Source: Gammaproteobacteria bacterium (lineage in GTDB: Bacteria > Pseudomonadota > Gammaproteobacteria > UBA4575). Taken from it: DNA of 64,000 nt. Below are positions 39,644 through 49,707 of the stretch, piece by piece. Where the stretch lies: contig OZ244982.1 of assembly GCA_965223115.1 (NCBI GenBank), positions 817,560 to 881,559 of the forward strand. Direction: 5' to 3'. A program made the position numbers and the translations under genes. The number at the start of each line of letters is the position of its first letter. Position 1 is the stretch's first letter. The notes under the pieces were generated by a model. That model was not told where the DNA came from. It ran no database searches and saw only the letters and a program-made list of their open reading frames with translations.

Positions 39644-40276
39644 ATGCGCACACAGGAGGTAAGCGTACTCAAAGCACACGACCTAAAATGCATGCGAGGA
39701 TCTGCAGAACTATTTTCTAATCTCAATTTTTCAGTTAAACCAGGCGAAGCATTAGTTGTCGAAGGTAGTAATGGCAGTGGTAAAACAAGTTTGCTGAGAA
39801 TTTTATGTGGGTTCAACTTGCCTATAGAAGGCGAAATAACGTGGTGTGATATTCCGATTGGTAGACATGAAGATTACCAACAACAGATTTCTTATATTGG
39901 CCATCAATCTGGTGTAAAACTGGACTTAACCGTATTGGAAAATCTCATATTTGCTCAGCGCATGGTTGGTACAACTAGAGATGAATCTGAAATTAAAGAA
40001 ATTATACGTTCGGTAGGCTTATTTAAACAAAGGAATGTATTAACACGAAAACTATCTGCTGGACAAAAGCGTCGTGTTGCATTAGCGAGATTGCAATTAG
40101 AAGAGAGAATGATTTGGGTATTAGATGAACCGTTAACTGCATTGGATAAAGGATTTGTGACAGAATTTGAAACTGTTTTAAAAAAGCATTTAGATAGTAA
40201 AGGTATATTGATTGTAACTACACATCGTGATTTGAAAATACCACAACACAATATTAATCGATTAAATCTTTCGTAA
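39644..40276 (+). CDS. ccmA: Heme exporter ATP-binding protein CcmA
   Basis: 210 aa ABC ATPase (Walker A GSNGSGKTS, signature LSAGQKRR). First gene of an intact ccm operon. Confidence 0.85.
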   Translation: MRTQEVSVLKAHDLKCMRGSAELFSNLNFSVKPGEALVVEGSNGSGKTSLLRILCGFNLPIEGEITWCDIPIGRHEDYQQQISYIGHQSGVKLDLTVLENLIFAQRMVGTTRDESEIKEIIRSVGLFKQRNVLTRKLSAGQKRRVALARLQLEERMIWVLDEPLTALDKGFVTEFETVLKKHLDSKGILIVTTHRDLKIPQHNINRLNLS

Positions 40277-40282
40277 ATAATT

Positions 40283-40951
40283 ATGTTCAGTGCATTATTA
40301 ACTGTTATTCAACGCGATTTGCTTATTGCATTTCGGCGTCGTTCTGAACTAATGAATCCAATTTTATTTTATGTGATTGTAGTCACTCTGTTTCCACTAG
40401 GTGTAAGTCCTGATGTGGAGTTTTTAAGTAAATTAGCACCAGGTGTAGTGTGGGTGGCAGCTTTATTAGCAGCATTAATATCAATGGAAAGTATTTTTCG
40501 GCAGGATTTTGATGATGGAAGCATTGAGCAATTATTTTTAAGTCAACATCCACCTACTTTACTTATATTTGGGAAAGTCATTGCGCACTGGCTTATTACA
40601 GGGCTGCCGATGTTAGCCATCGTGCCTTTGATGGCGTTACTCTTATATATACCAAATCAAGCTATACCCACATTATTTGCCACAGTTTTGTTAGGCACAC
40701 CAACTCTAAGTTTAATAGGTGCAATTGGTGTCGCATTGACAGCTGGATTGCGTGGAGGTGGTGTATTATCAGGTTTGTTAGTATTACCACTTTATATTCC
40801 AGTTTTAATATTTGCATCAGGTGCTGTAACTGCATCCGTTGAGGGGTTGGAGGTTTCTGGATTACTGGCATTGTTGGGTGCAGGTTTAATTTTGGCATTA
40901 ATACTTGCACCCATTGCAATTAGTGCATCGTTGAAAATTAGTATGAGTTAA
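40283..40951 (+). CDS. ccmB: Heme exporter membrane protein CcmB
   Basis: 222 aa, six TM helices, follows ccmA. Confidence 0.85.
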   Translation: MFSALLTVIQRDLLIAFRRRSELMNPILFYVIVVTLFPLGVSPDVEFLSKLAPGVVWVAALLAALISMESIFRQDFDDGSIEQLFLSQHPPTLLIFGKVIAHWLITGLPMLAIVPLMALLLYIPNQAIPTLFATVLLGTPTLSLIGAIGVALTAGLRGGGVLSGLLVLPLYIPVLIFASGAVTASVEGLEVSGLLALLGAGLILALILAPIAISASLKISMS

Positions 40952-40953
40952 AT

Positions 40954-41685
40954 ATGTGGAAATTTTTTCATAAATTATCGTCTCCTAAATACTACTATGA
41001 ATGGTCTGGGAAATTATTGCCGTGGTTGGCAGCTTTAACGATTGTATTAATGGCGATAGGTATTTATTGGGGTTTAGTCATTGCGCCAACAGATTATCAG
41101 CAAGGTGAGTCTTACAGAATTATATTTATACATGTACCTGCCGCATGGATGTCAATGTTTGTATACGTTGTGATGGCTGTAGCAGGGTTTATCGCATTGG
41201 TTTGGAAGACTAAAATTTCAGAAGTTGTAGTTTCCGAATGTGCTGTAATAGGTGCTGTATTTACTGCCTTGGCTCTTATTACTGGTATGTTATGGGGCAA
41301 GCCAACTTGGGGAACGTATTGGCAATGGGATGCTAGATTGACTTCTGAATTAATTTTATTGTTTCTATATTTAGGTGTAATAGCGATCTATTCAGCAATA
41401 GAAGATAATCGTTTAGCAGCCAAAGCTGCCAGTGTATTGGCGATTGTCGGAGTGATTAATATTCCTATTATTCATTTCTCTGTTACGTGGTGGAATTCTT
41501 TACATCAACCTAATATGGAAATTGTTTCTGAGAACCCATCTATGCATCCCAGTATGTTGTACCCATTACTGCTCATGGCGATTGCTTTTAAAGTTTATTT
41601 TGCATGGCTTTTAATAATACGCATGAGAAATGAAATTTTATCACGTGAGCGTTCTACCAATTGGGTTAAAAACTTATTACAGTGA
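40954..41685 (+). CDS. ccmC: Heme exporter protein CcmC
   Basis: 243 aa with the WWD domain motif (…FSVTWWNSLHQ…). Confidence 0.9.
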   Translation: MWKFFHKLSSPKYYYEWSGKLLPWLAALTIVLMAIGIYWGLVIAPTDYQQGESYRIIFIHVPAAWMSMFVYVVMAVAGFIALVWKTKISEVVVSECAVIGAVFTALALITGMLWGKPTWGTYWQWDARLTSELILLFLYLGVIAIYSAIEDNRLAAKAASVLAIVGVINIPIIHFSVTWWNSLHQPNMEIVSENPSMHPSMLYPLLLMAIAFKVYFAWLLIIRMRNEILSRERSTNWVKNLLQ

Positions 41686-41693
41686 GTTAACAA

Positions 41694-41842
41694 TGCAAGA
41701 ATTTTTTTATATGGGTGGTAAAGCATTTTTCGTTTGGAGTGCGTATGGTATTACTGCAGTTGCACTCATATTTAGTGTTGTCTTAGCCAGCCGTCGTAAA
41801 AAAAAGATTTTTAAAGAAATTGAAGATAGTTTAGAAGAGTGA
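41694..41842 (+). CDS. ccmD: Heme exporter protein CcmD
   Basis: 49-aa single-TM protein, MQEFFYMGGKAFFVWSAYGITAVALIFSVVLASRRKKKIF…. The ORF track's upstream start at 41630 would overlap ccmC. The ATG at 41694 is preferred. Confidence 0.65.
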
Positions 41843-41843
41843 T

Positions 41844-42305
41844 ATGAGAGCAAAAAGAAAACAGCGGTTAATATTTGTAATCATACTGCTAGTAGGATTT
41901 AGTTGTGCTGCAGCCTTAGGCGTCTATGCATTGCAAAAAAATAAAACCTATTTTTATACACCAACTGAAGTTGCCTCAGGGGCAGTAGCTCAGGGAAAGT
42001 TATTTAGAGTAGGTGGATTGGTTGTAGAAGGAAGTGTTGATAAAGGCGGGGATGGCCTTACTACTGAATTTGGTCTTACCGATACGACTGATACGGTGAA
42101 AGTCCGTTATACAGGTTTATTGCCTGATTTGTTTCGCGAAGGTCAAGGTATTGTTGCACAAGGAAAATTAGATGAGAAAGGTGTATTTGTTGCACAAGAA
42201 GTGCTTGCTAAGCATGATGAAAATTATATGCCACCCGAAGTTGCTGAAGCTTTAAAAGAATCTGGTGCAAAACATCCAGAAAACATTCCAAAGAGAAATT
42301 ATTAA
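41844..42305 (+). CDS. ccmE: Cytochrome c-type biogenesis heme chaperone CcmE
   Basis: 153 aa, N-terminal TM anchor, typical CcmE OB-fold sequence (…FRVGGLVVEGSV…). Confidence 0.85.
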   Translation: MRAKRKQRLIFVIILLVGFSCAAALGVYALQKNKTYFYTPTEVASGAVAQGKLFRVGGLVVEGSVDKGGDGLTTEFGLTDTTDTVKVRYTGLLPDLFREGQGIVAQGKLDEKGVFVAQEVLAKHDENYMPPEVAEALKESGAKHPENIPKRNY

Positions 42306-42308
42306 ATC

Positions 42309-44309
42309 ATGATACCTGAAGTTGGTCACTTTGCTTTGATTGTTGCGCTTTGTATAGCGCTAGTACAAACCATTATCCCATTATTAGGTGCACAAACTTA
42401 TACAAGTCAGTGGATGGCGGTAGCAAAGCCAGCAGCGCGTGGTCAGTTTCTTTTTTTAGTCATCGCTTATGCATGTTTGACTTATGCGTTTATCGATAAT
42501 GATTTTTCAGTCCTATATGTTGCCAATAATTCAAATACAGCACTACCTTTGCAATATAAGGTTTCCGCGGTTTGGGGTGCGCACGAAGGCTCGCTTTTGT
42601 TATGGGCATTAATGCTTGGTGGATGGACATTTGCAGTGACAATTTTTAGTAAAAGTCTGCCGAATGAGATGGTAGCGCGTGTATTAGGAGTAATGGGTTT
42701 TGTCAGCGTTGGGTTTCTTCTTTTTATGTTGCTGACTTCTAATCCTTTTGAGCGCATTTTCCCTGTACCTTTAGAAGGTCGAGATTTGAACCCGTTACTA
42801 CAAGATCCTGGTTTGGTTATTCACCCTCCCATGCTCTATATGGGTTATGTGGGGTTTTCTGTTACTTTTGCCTTTGCCATAGCGGCTTTATTGGGTGGCA
42901 AATTAGATTCGGCCTGGGCGCGATGGTCGCGACCTTGGTCTACATTTGCTTGGGTGTTTCTAACTATCGGTATCACTTTAGGCAGCTGGTGGGCTTATCA
43001 TGAGCTCGGTTGGGGTGGATGGTGGTTTTGGGATCCGGTAGAAAACGCATCCTTTATGCCCTGGTTAGTAGGGACTGCTTTGATACATTCACTTGCAGTA
43101 ACAGAAAAGAGATCAAGCTTTAAAAGCTGGACAGTATTATTGGCCATCTTTGCTTTTTCGCTTAGCTTATTAGGGACTTTTTTAGTGCGCTCAGGTGTAT
43201 TGGTATCAGTGCATGCATTTGCAACTGATCCTGCACGTGGCGTATATATATTAATGTTTTTAGCCCTTGTAATCGGTGGTTCACTTTTACTTTATGCGTT
43301 GCGAGCTCCATGTATAAAATCAATCGGCCAGTTTGAATTGTTTTCAAGAGAAACAGCATTATTAATTAATAATGTTTTGTTGTTGGTTGCAATGATTACA
43401 ATTCTTGTAGGTACTTTATACCCATTATTTTTAGATGCTCTTAATGCAGGAAAAATTTCTGTAGGGCCTCCTTATTTTAATACTGTATTTGTTCCTCTGA
43501 TGTTACCGCTTGTGTTCATTGTAGGTATAGGCCCTTTTATGCGTTGGAAAAAAGCAGGCATGCAGGAAGTTTTGAAAAAGCTATTAAAAATTGTTGTGAT
43601 TGGGATAATAGTTGGAATTGCATTGCCATTTTTAGTGGCTGGTAAAACTTCCATTTTAGTGGCATTGGGGATTGGTTTAGGCAGTTGGTCGATTGCTTCC
43701 GCTGTATATTACTTATTTAGAAATGCATTTCGTTCAGATTCTGGTAGTAATACTTTACAACATCTTAAAAAAATTCCACGATCTACTTATGGTATGTGTG
43801 TTGCACATTTGGGAATTGGAATATTTGTATTCGGCGTGACTTTTGTTAGTGCATTTCAGCAAGAAAAAGAACTCCCCATGCATACTGGTCAAAGAGTAGA
43901 AATGTCAGGTTATGTGTTCGAATTTGATGGAGTGAAGAATGTGCAAGGTCCTAATTACTCCTCTAAACAGGCATCTATACATGTATATAAAAATGACAAA
44001 TTAGTTGCGACTCTATTGCCAGAAAAACGCACTTATTTGGTACAACAAAATCCAATGACTGAAGCAGGTATTGATACAGGTTTTCTGCGAGATGTATATG
44101 TAGCATTGGGAGAGCAAGTAAATGAAAGTGCATGGGGCATGCGTTTGTATTACAAACCATTCATCCAATGGATTTGGTTGGGTGCTGTACTAATGGCTTT
44201 TGGCGGTATGTTAGCAGCATTGGATCGACGCTATCGATTTAAACTCAAGAGAGAAAAAATATCCACTCAAGCATCGCGGCATAATCAAAAAGCTGTAACT
44301 GCATCGTAA
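42309..44309 (+). CDS. ccmF: Cytochrome c heme lyase subunit CcmF
   Basis: 666 aa polytopic protein with the WWD motif (…GWGGWWFWDPVENAS…). Confidence 0.9.
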   Translation: MIPEVGHFALIVALCIALVQTIIPLLGAQTYTSQWMAVAKPAARGQFLFLVIAYACLTYAFIDNDFSVLYVANNSNTALPLQYKVSAVWGAHEGSLLLWALMLGGWTFAVTIFSKSLPNEMVARVLGVMGFVSVGFLLFMLLTSNPFERIFPVPLEGRDLNPLLQDPGLVIHPPMLYMGYVGFSVTFAFAIAALLGGKLDSAWARWSRPWSTFAWVFLTIGITLGSWWAYHELGWGGWWFWDPVENASFMPWLVGTALIHSLAVTEKRSSFKSWTVLLAIFAFSLSLLGTFLVRSGVLVSVHAFATDPARGVYILMFLALVIGGSLLLYALRAPCIKSIGQFELFSRETALLINNVLLLVAMITILVGTLYPLFLDALNAGKISVGPPYFNTVFVPLMLPLVFIVGIGPFMRWKKAGMQEVLKKLLKIVVIGIIVGIALPFLVAGKTSILVALGIGLGSWSIASAVYYLFRNAFRSDSGSNTLQHLKKIPRSTYGMCVAHLGIGIFVFGVTFVSAFQQEKELPMHTGQRVEMSGYVFEFDGVKNVQGPNYSSKQASIHVYKNDKLVATLLPEKRTYLVQQNPMTEAGIDTGFLRDVYVALGEQVNESAWGMRLYYKPFIQWIWLGAVLMAFGGMLAALDRRYRFKLKREKISTQASRHNQKAVTAS

Positions 44310-44319
44310 TAATTTCAAT

Positions 44320-44850
44320 ATGTTTAAATTTCTAGCTCCGGTAATACTATTTTTTGTCTTAGTAGGTTTTTTGTATGTAGGCTTGTATAAGGATCCTTCT
44401 CAAGTACCTTCTCCGTTAATTGGTAAACCTTCGCCACAATTTTCATTGCCAACATTAAACGATTCTAAAACGATTACAAATCAGGAATTCATTGGCAAAG
44501 TATCGCTTTTAAATGTATGGGCTACATGGTGTTTCGCATGTCGTCAGGAGCATCCAGTACTAAATGAGCTGGCAAGTAAAAATATTGTGCCTATTTACGG
44601 ATTAAACTATAAAGATGATGCCATAAAAGCAAGGCAATATTTAAAGACTCATGGAAATCCTTTTACTGCAAACGCGTTTGACGAAACAGGCCGTGTTGGT
44701 ATTGACTGGGGAGTTTATGGTGCTCCAGAAACATTTTTAATTGATAAGAATGGCATAATTCGTCATAAACACATTGGACCGCTAACACATGAAGATCTAG
44801 AGAAAACTATAGTACCAATGGTACAGCAGCTAAATAATGAAACCTCTTAG
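44320..44850 (+). CDS. ccmG: Thiol:disulfide interchange protein CcmG/DsbE
   Basis: 176 aa thioredoxin fold with WCFAC active site. Confidence 0.85.
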   Translation: MFKFLAPVILFFVLVGFLYVGLYKDPSQVPSPLIGKPSPQFSLPTLNDSKTITNQEFIGKVSLLNVWATWCFACRQEHPVLNELASKNIVPIYGLNYKDDAIKARQYLKTHGNPFTANAFDETGRVGIDWGVYGAPETFLIDKNGIIRHKHIGPLTHEDLEKTIVPMVQQLNNETS

Positions 44851-45304
44851 TTTAACCATTATTCAATTATTTCTTTGTTTGTTTGCTGTGACTGCATTAG
44901 CAGAAGTTGGTTCTATAGCTGCGCAACATGAAGAGCGTTATCATGCTTTACTAAATGAGTTGCGTTGTTTGGTTTGCCAGAACCAAACTATTGCTGAATC
45001 TGATGCAGATTTAGCCAAAGATTTGCGCATAGAAGTAAAAAAAATGCTCGAAGAAGGAGCTACTGATAAGGATATTATTGATTTTATGGCAAATCGTTAT
45101 GGTGATTTTGTTTTATATAAGCCACTAGTAAAACCTAAAACTTATTTTTTATGGTTTGGTCCATTCATAATCCTACTTGCAGTTTTATTGTTTTTAATTA
45201 TCAAGCTCAAAAAGCAAAATATACCTAATGCCTCAGAATTAACTAAAGAAGAAAAAACAAAACTTGATTCTATTTTAAATCAAAGTAATAAATCTAATGA
45301 TTAG
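44837..45304 (+). CDS. ccmH: Cytochrome c-type biogenesis protein CcmH
   Basis: 155 aa with the LRCxxC motif (…LNELRCLVCQNQTIAES…) and a C-terminal TM segment. Confidence 0.8.
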   Translation: MKPLSLTIIQLFLCLFAVTALAEVGSIAAQHEERYHALLNELRCLVCQNQTIAESDADLAKDLRIEVKKMLEEGATDKDIIDFMANRYGDFVLYKPLVKPKTYFLWFGPFIILLAVLLFLIIKLKKQNIPNASELTKEEKTKLDSILNQSNKSND

Positions 45305-46544
45305 TTTTTGGATAGTATGCGTGCTGTTTTTAATTATTGCATTAGTTATTGTATTGCCACCTTTGCTTGCCAAAGAAGCTACTGCGGATATAGACCGTCA
45401 AGAGATAAATCAAATAGTTTTTGAAAAAAAATTAATTGAATTAGAAAGTGATCTAAATCATGATCTGATAGATAAAGAACAATTTGAATTAGCAAAAACT
45501 GATTTGCAGCGAACACTTTTAGATGATCTTAATGAACAAAAAAGATCAATAAAAAGTAAGAATAATATAATATTACCCACGATTATTTTATTAGCTATAC
45601 CTACTATAGCGGTACTGATGTATTTTAAAATAAATACTGGCCTAGAGTCGTTATCGCCAGAATTTAAAGCTCAGTCACAAGCACAACAGGCTGGACAGAT
45701 GCAGTCTGTCGAACAAGCTATCGCAAATCTTGAAGAAAAATTAAATCAGGATCCAAATAATTTAGATGGTTGGTTAATGCTAGGCAGGTCATATTTAATT
45801 TCGGAACACTTTGAAGCTGCGGTAAAGGCATTTGCTAAAGCTAATGAGTTAACGAATAACTCAGACCCAAGTGTTCTTATTGCGTATGGAGAAGCACAAG
45901 GTTTTGCCAATGGACAAAAATTTGATGAACAATCACTGCTACTTTTTAAGAAGGCATTACAAATTGATCCTCAGAATGAGAGAGGGCTTTGGTATGCAGG
46001 TTATGCATCTTATCAGCTTGAGGATTACAAAAATTCTGTAGTTTATTGGGAAAAATTGTTGACACAAGTGCCTGATGAAGAGGCAGATGCCAAATCTGCA
46101 TTACAGGCTTATTTGAATGATGCTAAACAAAAAGCCGGTCTTGAAATAACTGAAATACCGCTAAATAATGATAAAGCTGAGAGCGAGAGCAGCGATTCTG
46201 CAATGCTAACAGTAAATGTTGCGCTATCTGAAGAATTACAAAATGAAATAACAAAGGATGATACGCTCTTTGTTTATGCACGTGCACAAAAAGGGCCTAA
46301 AATGCCTTTGGCACTAGTAAAGCTAACTGCAGGTGATTTACCAGTTTCAGTAACCCTTAACGATTCTGTGGCAATGATGCCAACACAGACTTTGTCTAGT
46401 CAAAATGAAGTTGAAGTCATAGCTAGAATTTCCAAATCAGGGCAGGCGATTATGCAAAGTGGAGATATATATGGGAGTATTCAATCTGTTTCCACAAAAC
46501 AGCTACAAACAGTCGACATATTGATCGATAAAAAAGCACAATAA
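45297..46544 (+). CDS. ccmI: Cytochrome c-type biogenesis protein CcmI/CycH (TPR repeats)
   Basis: 415 aa, N-terminal TM helices followed by TPR-like repeats. Last gene of the ccm operon. Confidence 0.65.
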   Translation: MISFWIVCVLFLIIALVIVLPPLLAKEATADIDRQEINQIVFEKKLIELESDLNHDLIDKEQFELAKTDLQRTLLDDLNEQKRSIKSKNNIILPTIILLAIPTIAVLMYFKINTGLESLSPEFKAQSQAQQAGQMQSVEQAIANLEEKLNQDPNNLDGWLMLGRSYLISEHFEAAVKAFAKANELTNNSDPSVLIAYGEAQGFANGQKFDEQSLLLFKKALQIDPQNERGLWYAGYASYQLEDYKNSVVYWEKLLTQVPDEEADAKSALQAYLNDAKQKAGLEITEIPLNNDKAESESSDSAMLTVNVALSEELQNEITKDDTLFVYARAQKGPKMPLALVKLTAGDLPVSVTLNDSVAMMPTQTLSSQNEVEVIARISKSGQAIMQSGDIYGSIQSVSTKQLQTVDILIDKKAQ

Positions 46545-46671
46545 CCGATACGCACTAGTAATGATTAGGTAACATCTTGTATCGATATCTATTTTTTAGA
46601 TTCGGTTGGGCTTTAGGTATATTCTTATAGAGTATTTAATTATTATAACTTGAGCTATCAAAGGTAACATT

Positions 46672-46914
46672 ATGGATCTTGAGATTGTTCGAAGCATTTT
46701 AGCGTGGTGTGCATTAGTCAATATCGGATTGCTTTTGGTCTGGATTTTGCTTTTCATTATGGTTCATGACTGGATCTACCGATTACATAGTATGTGGTTT
46801 AAGATATCTAAACAGCAGTTTGATTCAATTCATTATATGTTAATAGGTGCGTTTAAAATAATAACTATTATGTTTTTTCTTATCCCATATTTAGTAATAC
46901 GTCATCTAAGCTAG
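46672..46914 (+). CDS. Small hypothetical membrane protein (two TM)
   Basis: 80-aa ORF with two hydrophobic helices. No family recognised. Confidence 0.3.
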   Translation: MDLEIVRSILAWCALVNIGLLLVWILLFIMVHDWIYRLHSMWFKISKQQFDSIHYMLIGAFKIITIMFFLIPYLVIRHLS

Positions 46915-46924
46915 TGTAAATAAC

Positions 46925-47158
46925 ATGCTTGCAAAAGGAATTATTTTATTTTTGGTTTGGTTGTTATTTATTTCACGTTTAATACCTAAATATTTTTTAT
47001 ACAGAGATACAAATCAAGTACATCTATTTGGCAAACTATGGGAAGGAGAAATAGGAGTATTTATTCTACTTGGAATAACTGCAATAGCAATTGTTGTACT
47101 TGGACTCAGTCTACAAAATTTTTATTTATTTTTTACTAAAAAAGTAAATACCGATTAA
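46925..47158 (+). CDS. Small hypothetical membrane protein (two TM)
   Basis: 77-aa ORF, two hydrophobic helices, 10 nt after the previous small ORF. Confidence 0.3.
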   Translation: MLAKGIILFLVWLLFISRLIPKYFLYRDTNQVHLFGKLWEGEIGVFILLGITAIAIVVLGLSLQNFYLFFTKKVNTD

Positions 47159-48058
47159 CTAATTATTATATTCGCTGTCTATAAATCGTTTACCAATTTC
47201 CTGATATGCATCCACACGTCTATCACGTAAGTAGGGCCAAGTTTGCCTAATTGATTCGGTTTCAGATAAGTCTATGCTGGTTACCAATGTTTCAGCATTG
47301 TCAGCACAACATTGGTCTTTAATTTTACCAAATGCATCAGTAATAAAGGATTGTCCCCAAAAATCGATACCTTTTGTTTTTCCCGAAGAGTCACTTTCGT
47401 GTCCGACTCTATTTACGCAAATTAATGGTAAATTATTAGCTATGGAATGGCTTTGCTGTACTATTTGCCAAGCTTGGAACTGACGCTGTTGTTCTTCTTT
47501 ATTATCTCGAGGGTCCCATCCAATAGCAGAAGGATAAATCAATATTTGTGCTCCACTTAATGTCATTAATCTTGCACCCTCTGGAAACCATTGATCCCAG
47601 CACACCATTACACCCAGTTTGCCAATTGAAGTTTGTATTGGGTTAAATCCTAAGTCACCTAATGCAAAATAATATTTTTCATGGTAACCAGGATCGTCTG
47701 GGATATGCATTTTTCTATATATGCCAGCTAATTGGCCGTTGTTATCAAATACTATGGCAGTGTTGTGGTACAAGCCTGCTGCACGTTTTTCAAAAATGGA
47801 ACCTACTATTACAACTTTATTTTGCTTTGCAGATTGACTAAGTGCTTGTGTAAGAGGGCCCGGGATAGGTTGAGCTAAATCAAAGTGTTGTGCAGATTCT
47901 GCCTGGCAAAAATATAAGCTGGTGTGTAGCTCACAAAGTACAATAAGCTCTGCTCCTTTAGCAGCTGAATGTTTTATTTGTTCCAAGCTATAATCAAGAT
48001 TGGCTTGATAGTTAGCTTGCATTTGCTGTTGTATTAATGCCACGTTTATTTTACTCAT
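47159..48058 (-). CDS. aguB: N-carbamoylputrescine amidase (carbon-nitrogen hydrolase family)
   Basis: 299 aa nitrilase-superfamily protein with the catalytic Cys region …GVMVCWDQWFPE…. Overlaps the aguA stop (ATGA). Confidence 0.7.
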   Translation of the reverse strand: MSKINVALIQQQMQANYQANLDYSLEQIKHSAAKGAELIVLCELHTSLYFCQAESAQHFDLAQPIPGPLTQALSQSAKQNKVVIVGSIFEKRAAGLYHNTAIVFDNNGQLAGIYRKMHIPDDPGYHEKYYFALGDLGFNPIQTSIGKLGVMVCWDQWFPEGARLMTLSGAQILIYPSAIGWDPRDNKEEQQRQFQAWQIVQQSHSIANNLPLICVNRVGHESDSSGKTKGIDFWGQSFITDAFGKIKDQCCADNAETLVTSIDLSETESIRQTWPYLRDRRVDAYQEIGKRFIDSEYNN

Positions 48059-49089
48059 TGCAATACACCTTGAGGAATCTGCATAGTGGCGCAGTGTATC
48101 CCCCCAAATTGCTGAATTAAAGCATTGCTATCGATACCAATAATCTCACGATATTGAAATATTTCGTCTAAAAGTTTAAGAACATAGTCATCTTGTTTGT
48201 CTTTAAACATAGGAACAAGAACTTTTTTGTTAGTAATTAAAAAGTTTGTATAGCAAACCGGCAGTTGATTATTGGATAGAAATTTTGGTTGTGGTAATGG
48301 TAGGGGTACTAATTCAAAATTATTGTTACTTTGTTTTTTAATTGATTTTAATTGTGTAGTGAGATTTTCCAAGGCCTTATAATTTATATCACTTGGATTA
48401 TTACACGAAGTATAGGCGATAATGTCATCACAACAAAATCGTACCAAAGTATCAATATGCCCATCTGTATCATCTCCTGCAAGTTGAACATCATGGATCC
48501 AATAGGTTTTATTACAACCAAACCAGTCAGAAAATTGTTCTTCTAAAGAAGTTAAATACTGTTGTGTATTCTCAATGTATTTGCGAGTAATAGATTTACT
48601 TGAACAGAATAAGTCACCTCGATTATTAATTTCTAGATTTCCTGCTTCAAGCACTAGGTCTATATTCTGTATAGTTGCGTTTAGTTTAAATTGTTGTGTG
48701 AATGTATTGTTAAATGCATTGTCTAAGATATGAGGATATTTGTGACCCCAAGCATCAAATTTGAAATTAAGGATGGTGTGGTTATTTCCTGTTTGTATAC
48801 AAACAGGTCCATAGTCTCGTATCCAGGTATCATTAGTTGGAACTTTTGCATATGAAATATTCCTACTGTTGGTTTGTGTATTACTTAAAAGTTGCTGAAT
48901 ATGTAGCTTATGTAATTCATTATATGCAACGATGATTAATTCTTGATGTTGGCAAATATGGCAGCAGAGTGTTGTATAGAAAGTTTCAATACTATTTAGG
49001 CAGTCTGCCCAGTCAGATTGGGCATGTGGCCAAACAATTACGATAGCATCTTGCCGCCCCCATTCAGGGACAAGCTTATTTAAACTCAC
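48055..49089 (-). CDS. aguA: Agmatine deiminase
   Basis: 344 aa. …PEWGRQDAIVIVWPHAQSDW… N-terminus and C-terminal catalytic Cys (…GGIHCATMQIP…) of the PAD_porph/agmatine deiminase family. Confidence 0.75.
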   Translation of the reverse strand: MSLNKLVPEWGRQDAIVIVWPHAQSDWADCLNSIETFYTTLCCHICQHQELIIVAYNELHKLHIQQLLSNTQTNSRNISYAKVPTNDTWIRDYGPVCIQTGNNHTILNFKFDAWGHKYPHILDNAFNNTFTQQFKLNATIQNIDLVLEAGNLEINNRGDLFCSSKSITRKYIENTQQYLTSLEEQFSDWFGCNKTYWIHDVQLAGDDTDGHIDTLVRFCCDDIIAYTSCNNPSDINYKALENLTTQLKSIKKQSNNNFELVPLPLPQPKFLSNNQLPVCYTNFLITNKKVLVPMFKDKQDDYVLKLLDEIFQYREIIGIDSNALIQQFGGIHCATMQIPQGVLQ

Positions 49090-49152
49090 AAATTAAAATA
49101 TTAACTACTCAGCTTATAAGGAGCTTTATTTTGGGTGTAGGCTTTGTACTAA

Positions 49153-49434
49153 TCAATGTGCTACGGTGTGTATTACGTAATCATTTTCAAAAAATACAGA
49201 ATAACCATCATAATCCCATCGATATATTGCTGGCTTACCAGTAGGCCCTTGGCGAGTGTTTGGCTGACCAAAGCGGGATTCTACTTGGACTTTAGTTAAG
49301 CCTCTAACAGGCATAGATGAACTTATAACAACGACTGCGTTGCTGCTAGGTGTCTTCACTACCTGGGCGTTTACCTGTAATGTGAAGCCTGTGACAAGTA
49401 GAAATAATAAGATTGAGATAATTAATTTGCGCAT
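49153..49434 (-). CDS. Small secreted protein (BamE/SmpA_OmlA-like fold suspected)
   Basis: 93 aa, signal peptide (MRKLIISILLFLLVTGFTLQVNA), …GLTKVQVESRFGQP… segment. Confidence 0.35.
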   Translation of the reverse strand: MRKLIISILLFLLVTGFTLQVNAQVVKTPSSNAVVVISSSMPVRGLTKVQVESRFGQPNTRQGPTGKPAIYRWDYDGYSVFFENDYVIHTVAH

Positions 49435-49707
49435 GGATTTATCAGTTTTAATTACTATGCTTAAATCATAGCACTGTCATATGATTGCTGGAATAAAGTC
49501 CAATCAAAGGCACGATAATAGCCGATATTTGGCAGATTGAGCGTAGTACTGACATGCCATTAGAACTCTATAAAACTTAAACGGACTAAATAATTACTAT
49601 ATTCATATATTTGCCCAATAGTCTGCAAAATATAGTTTCTTAATAATTTATATATCAATAGCTTATAGAATATTTATCAAGTAATTTAACTCACTAAATA
49701 CACCTTT

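Noticed and set aside
41630-41693. Upstream extension of ccmD given by the ORF track
   Set aside because: The extension would overlap ccmC by 56 nt and is not hydrophobic. The conserved CcmD sequence begins at the ATG at 41694 (MQEFFYMGG…).
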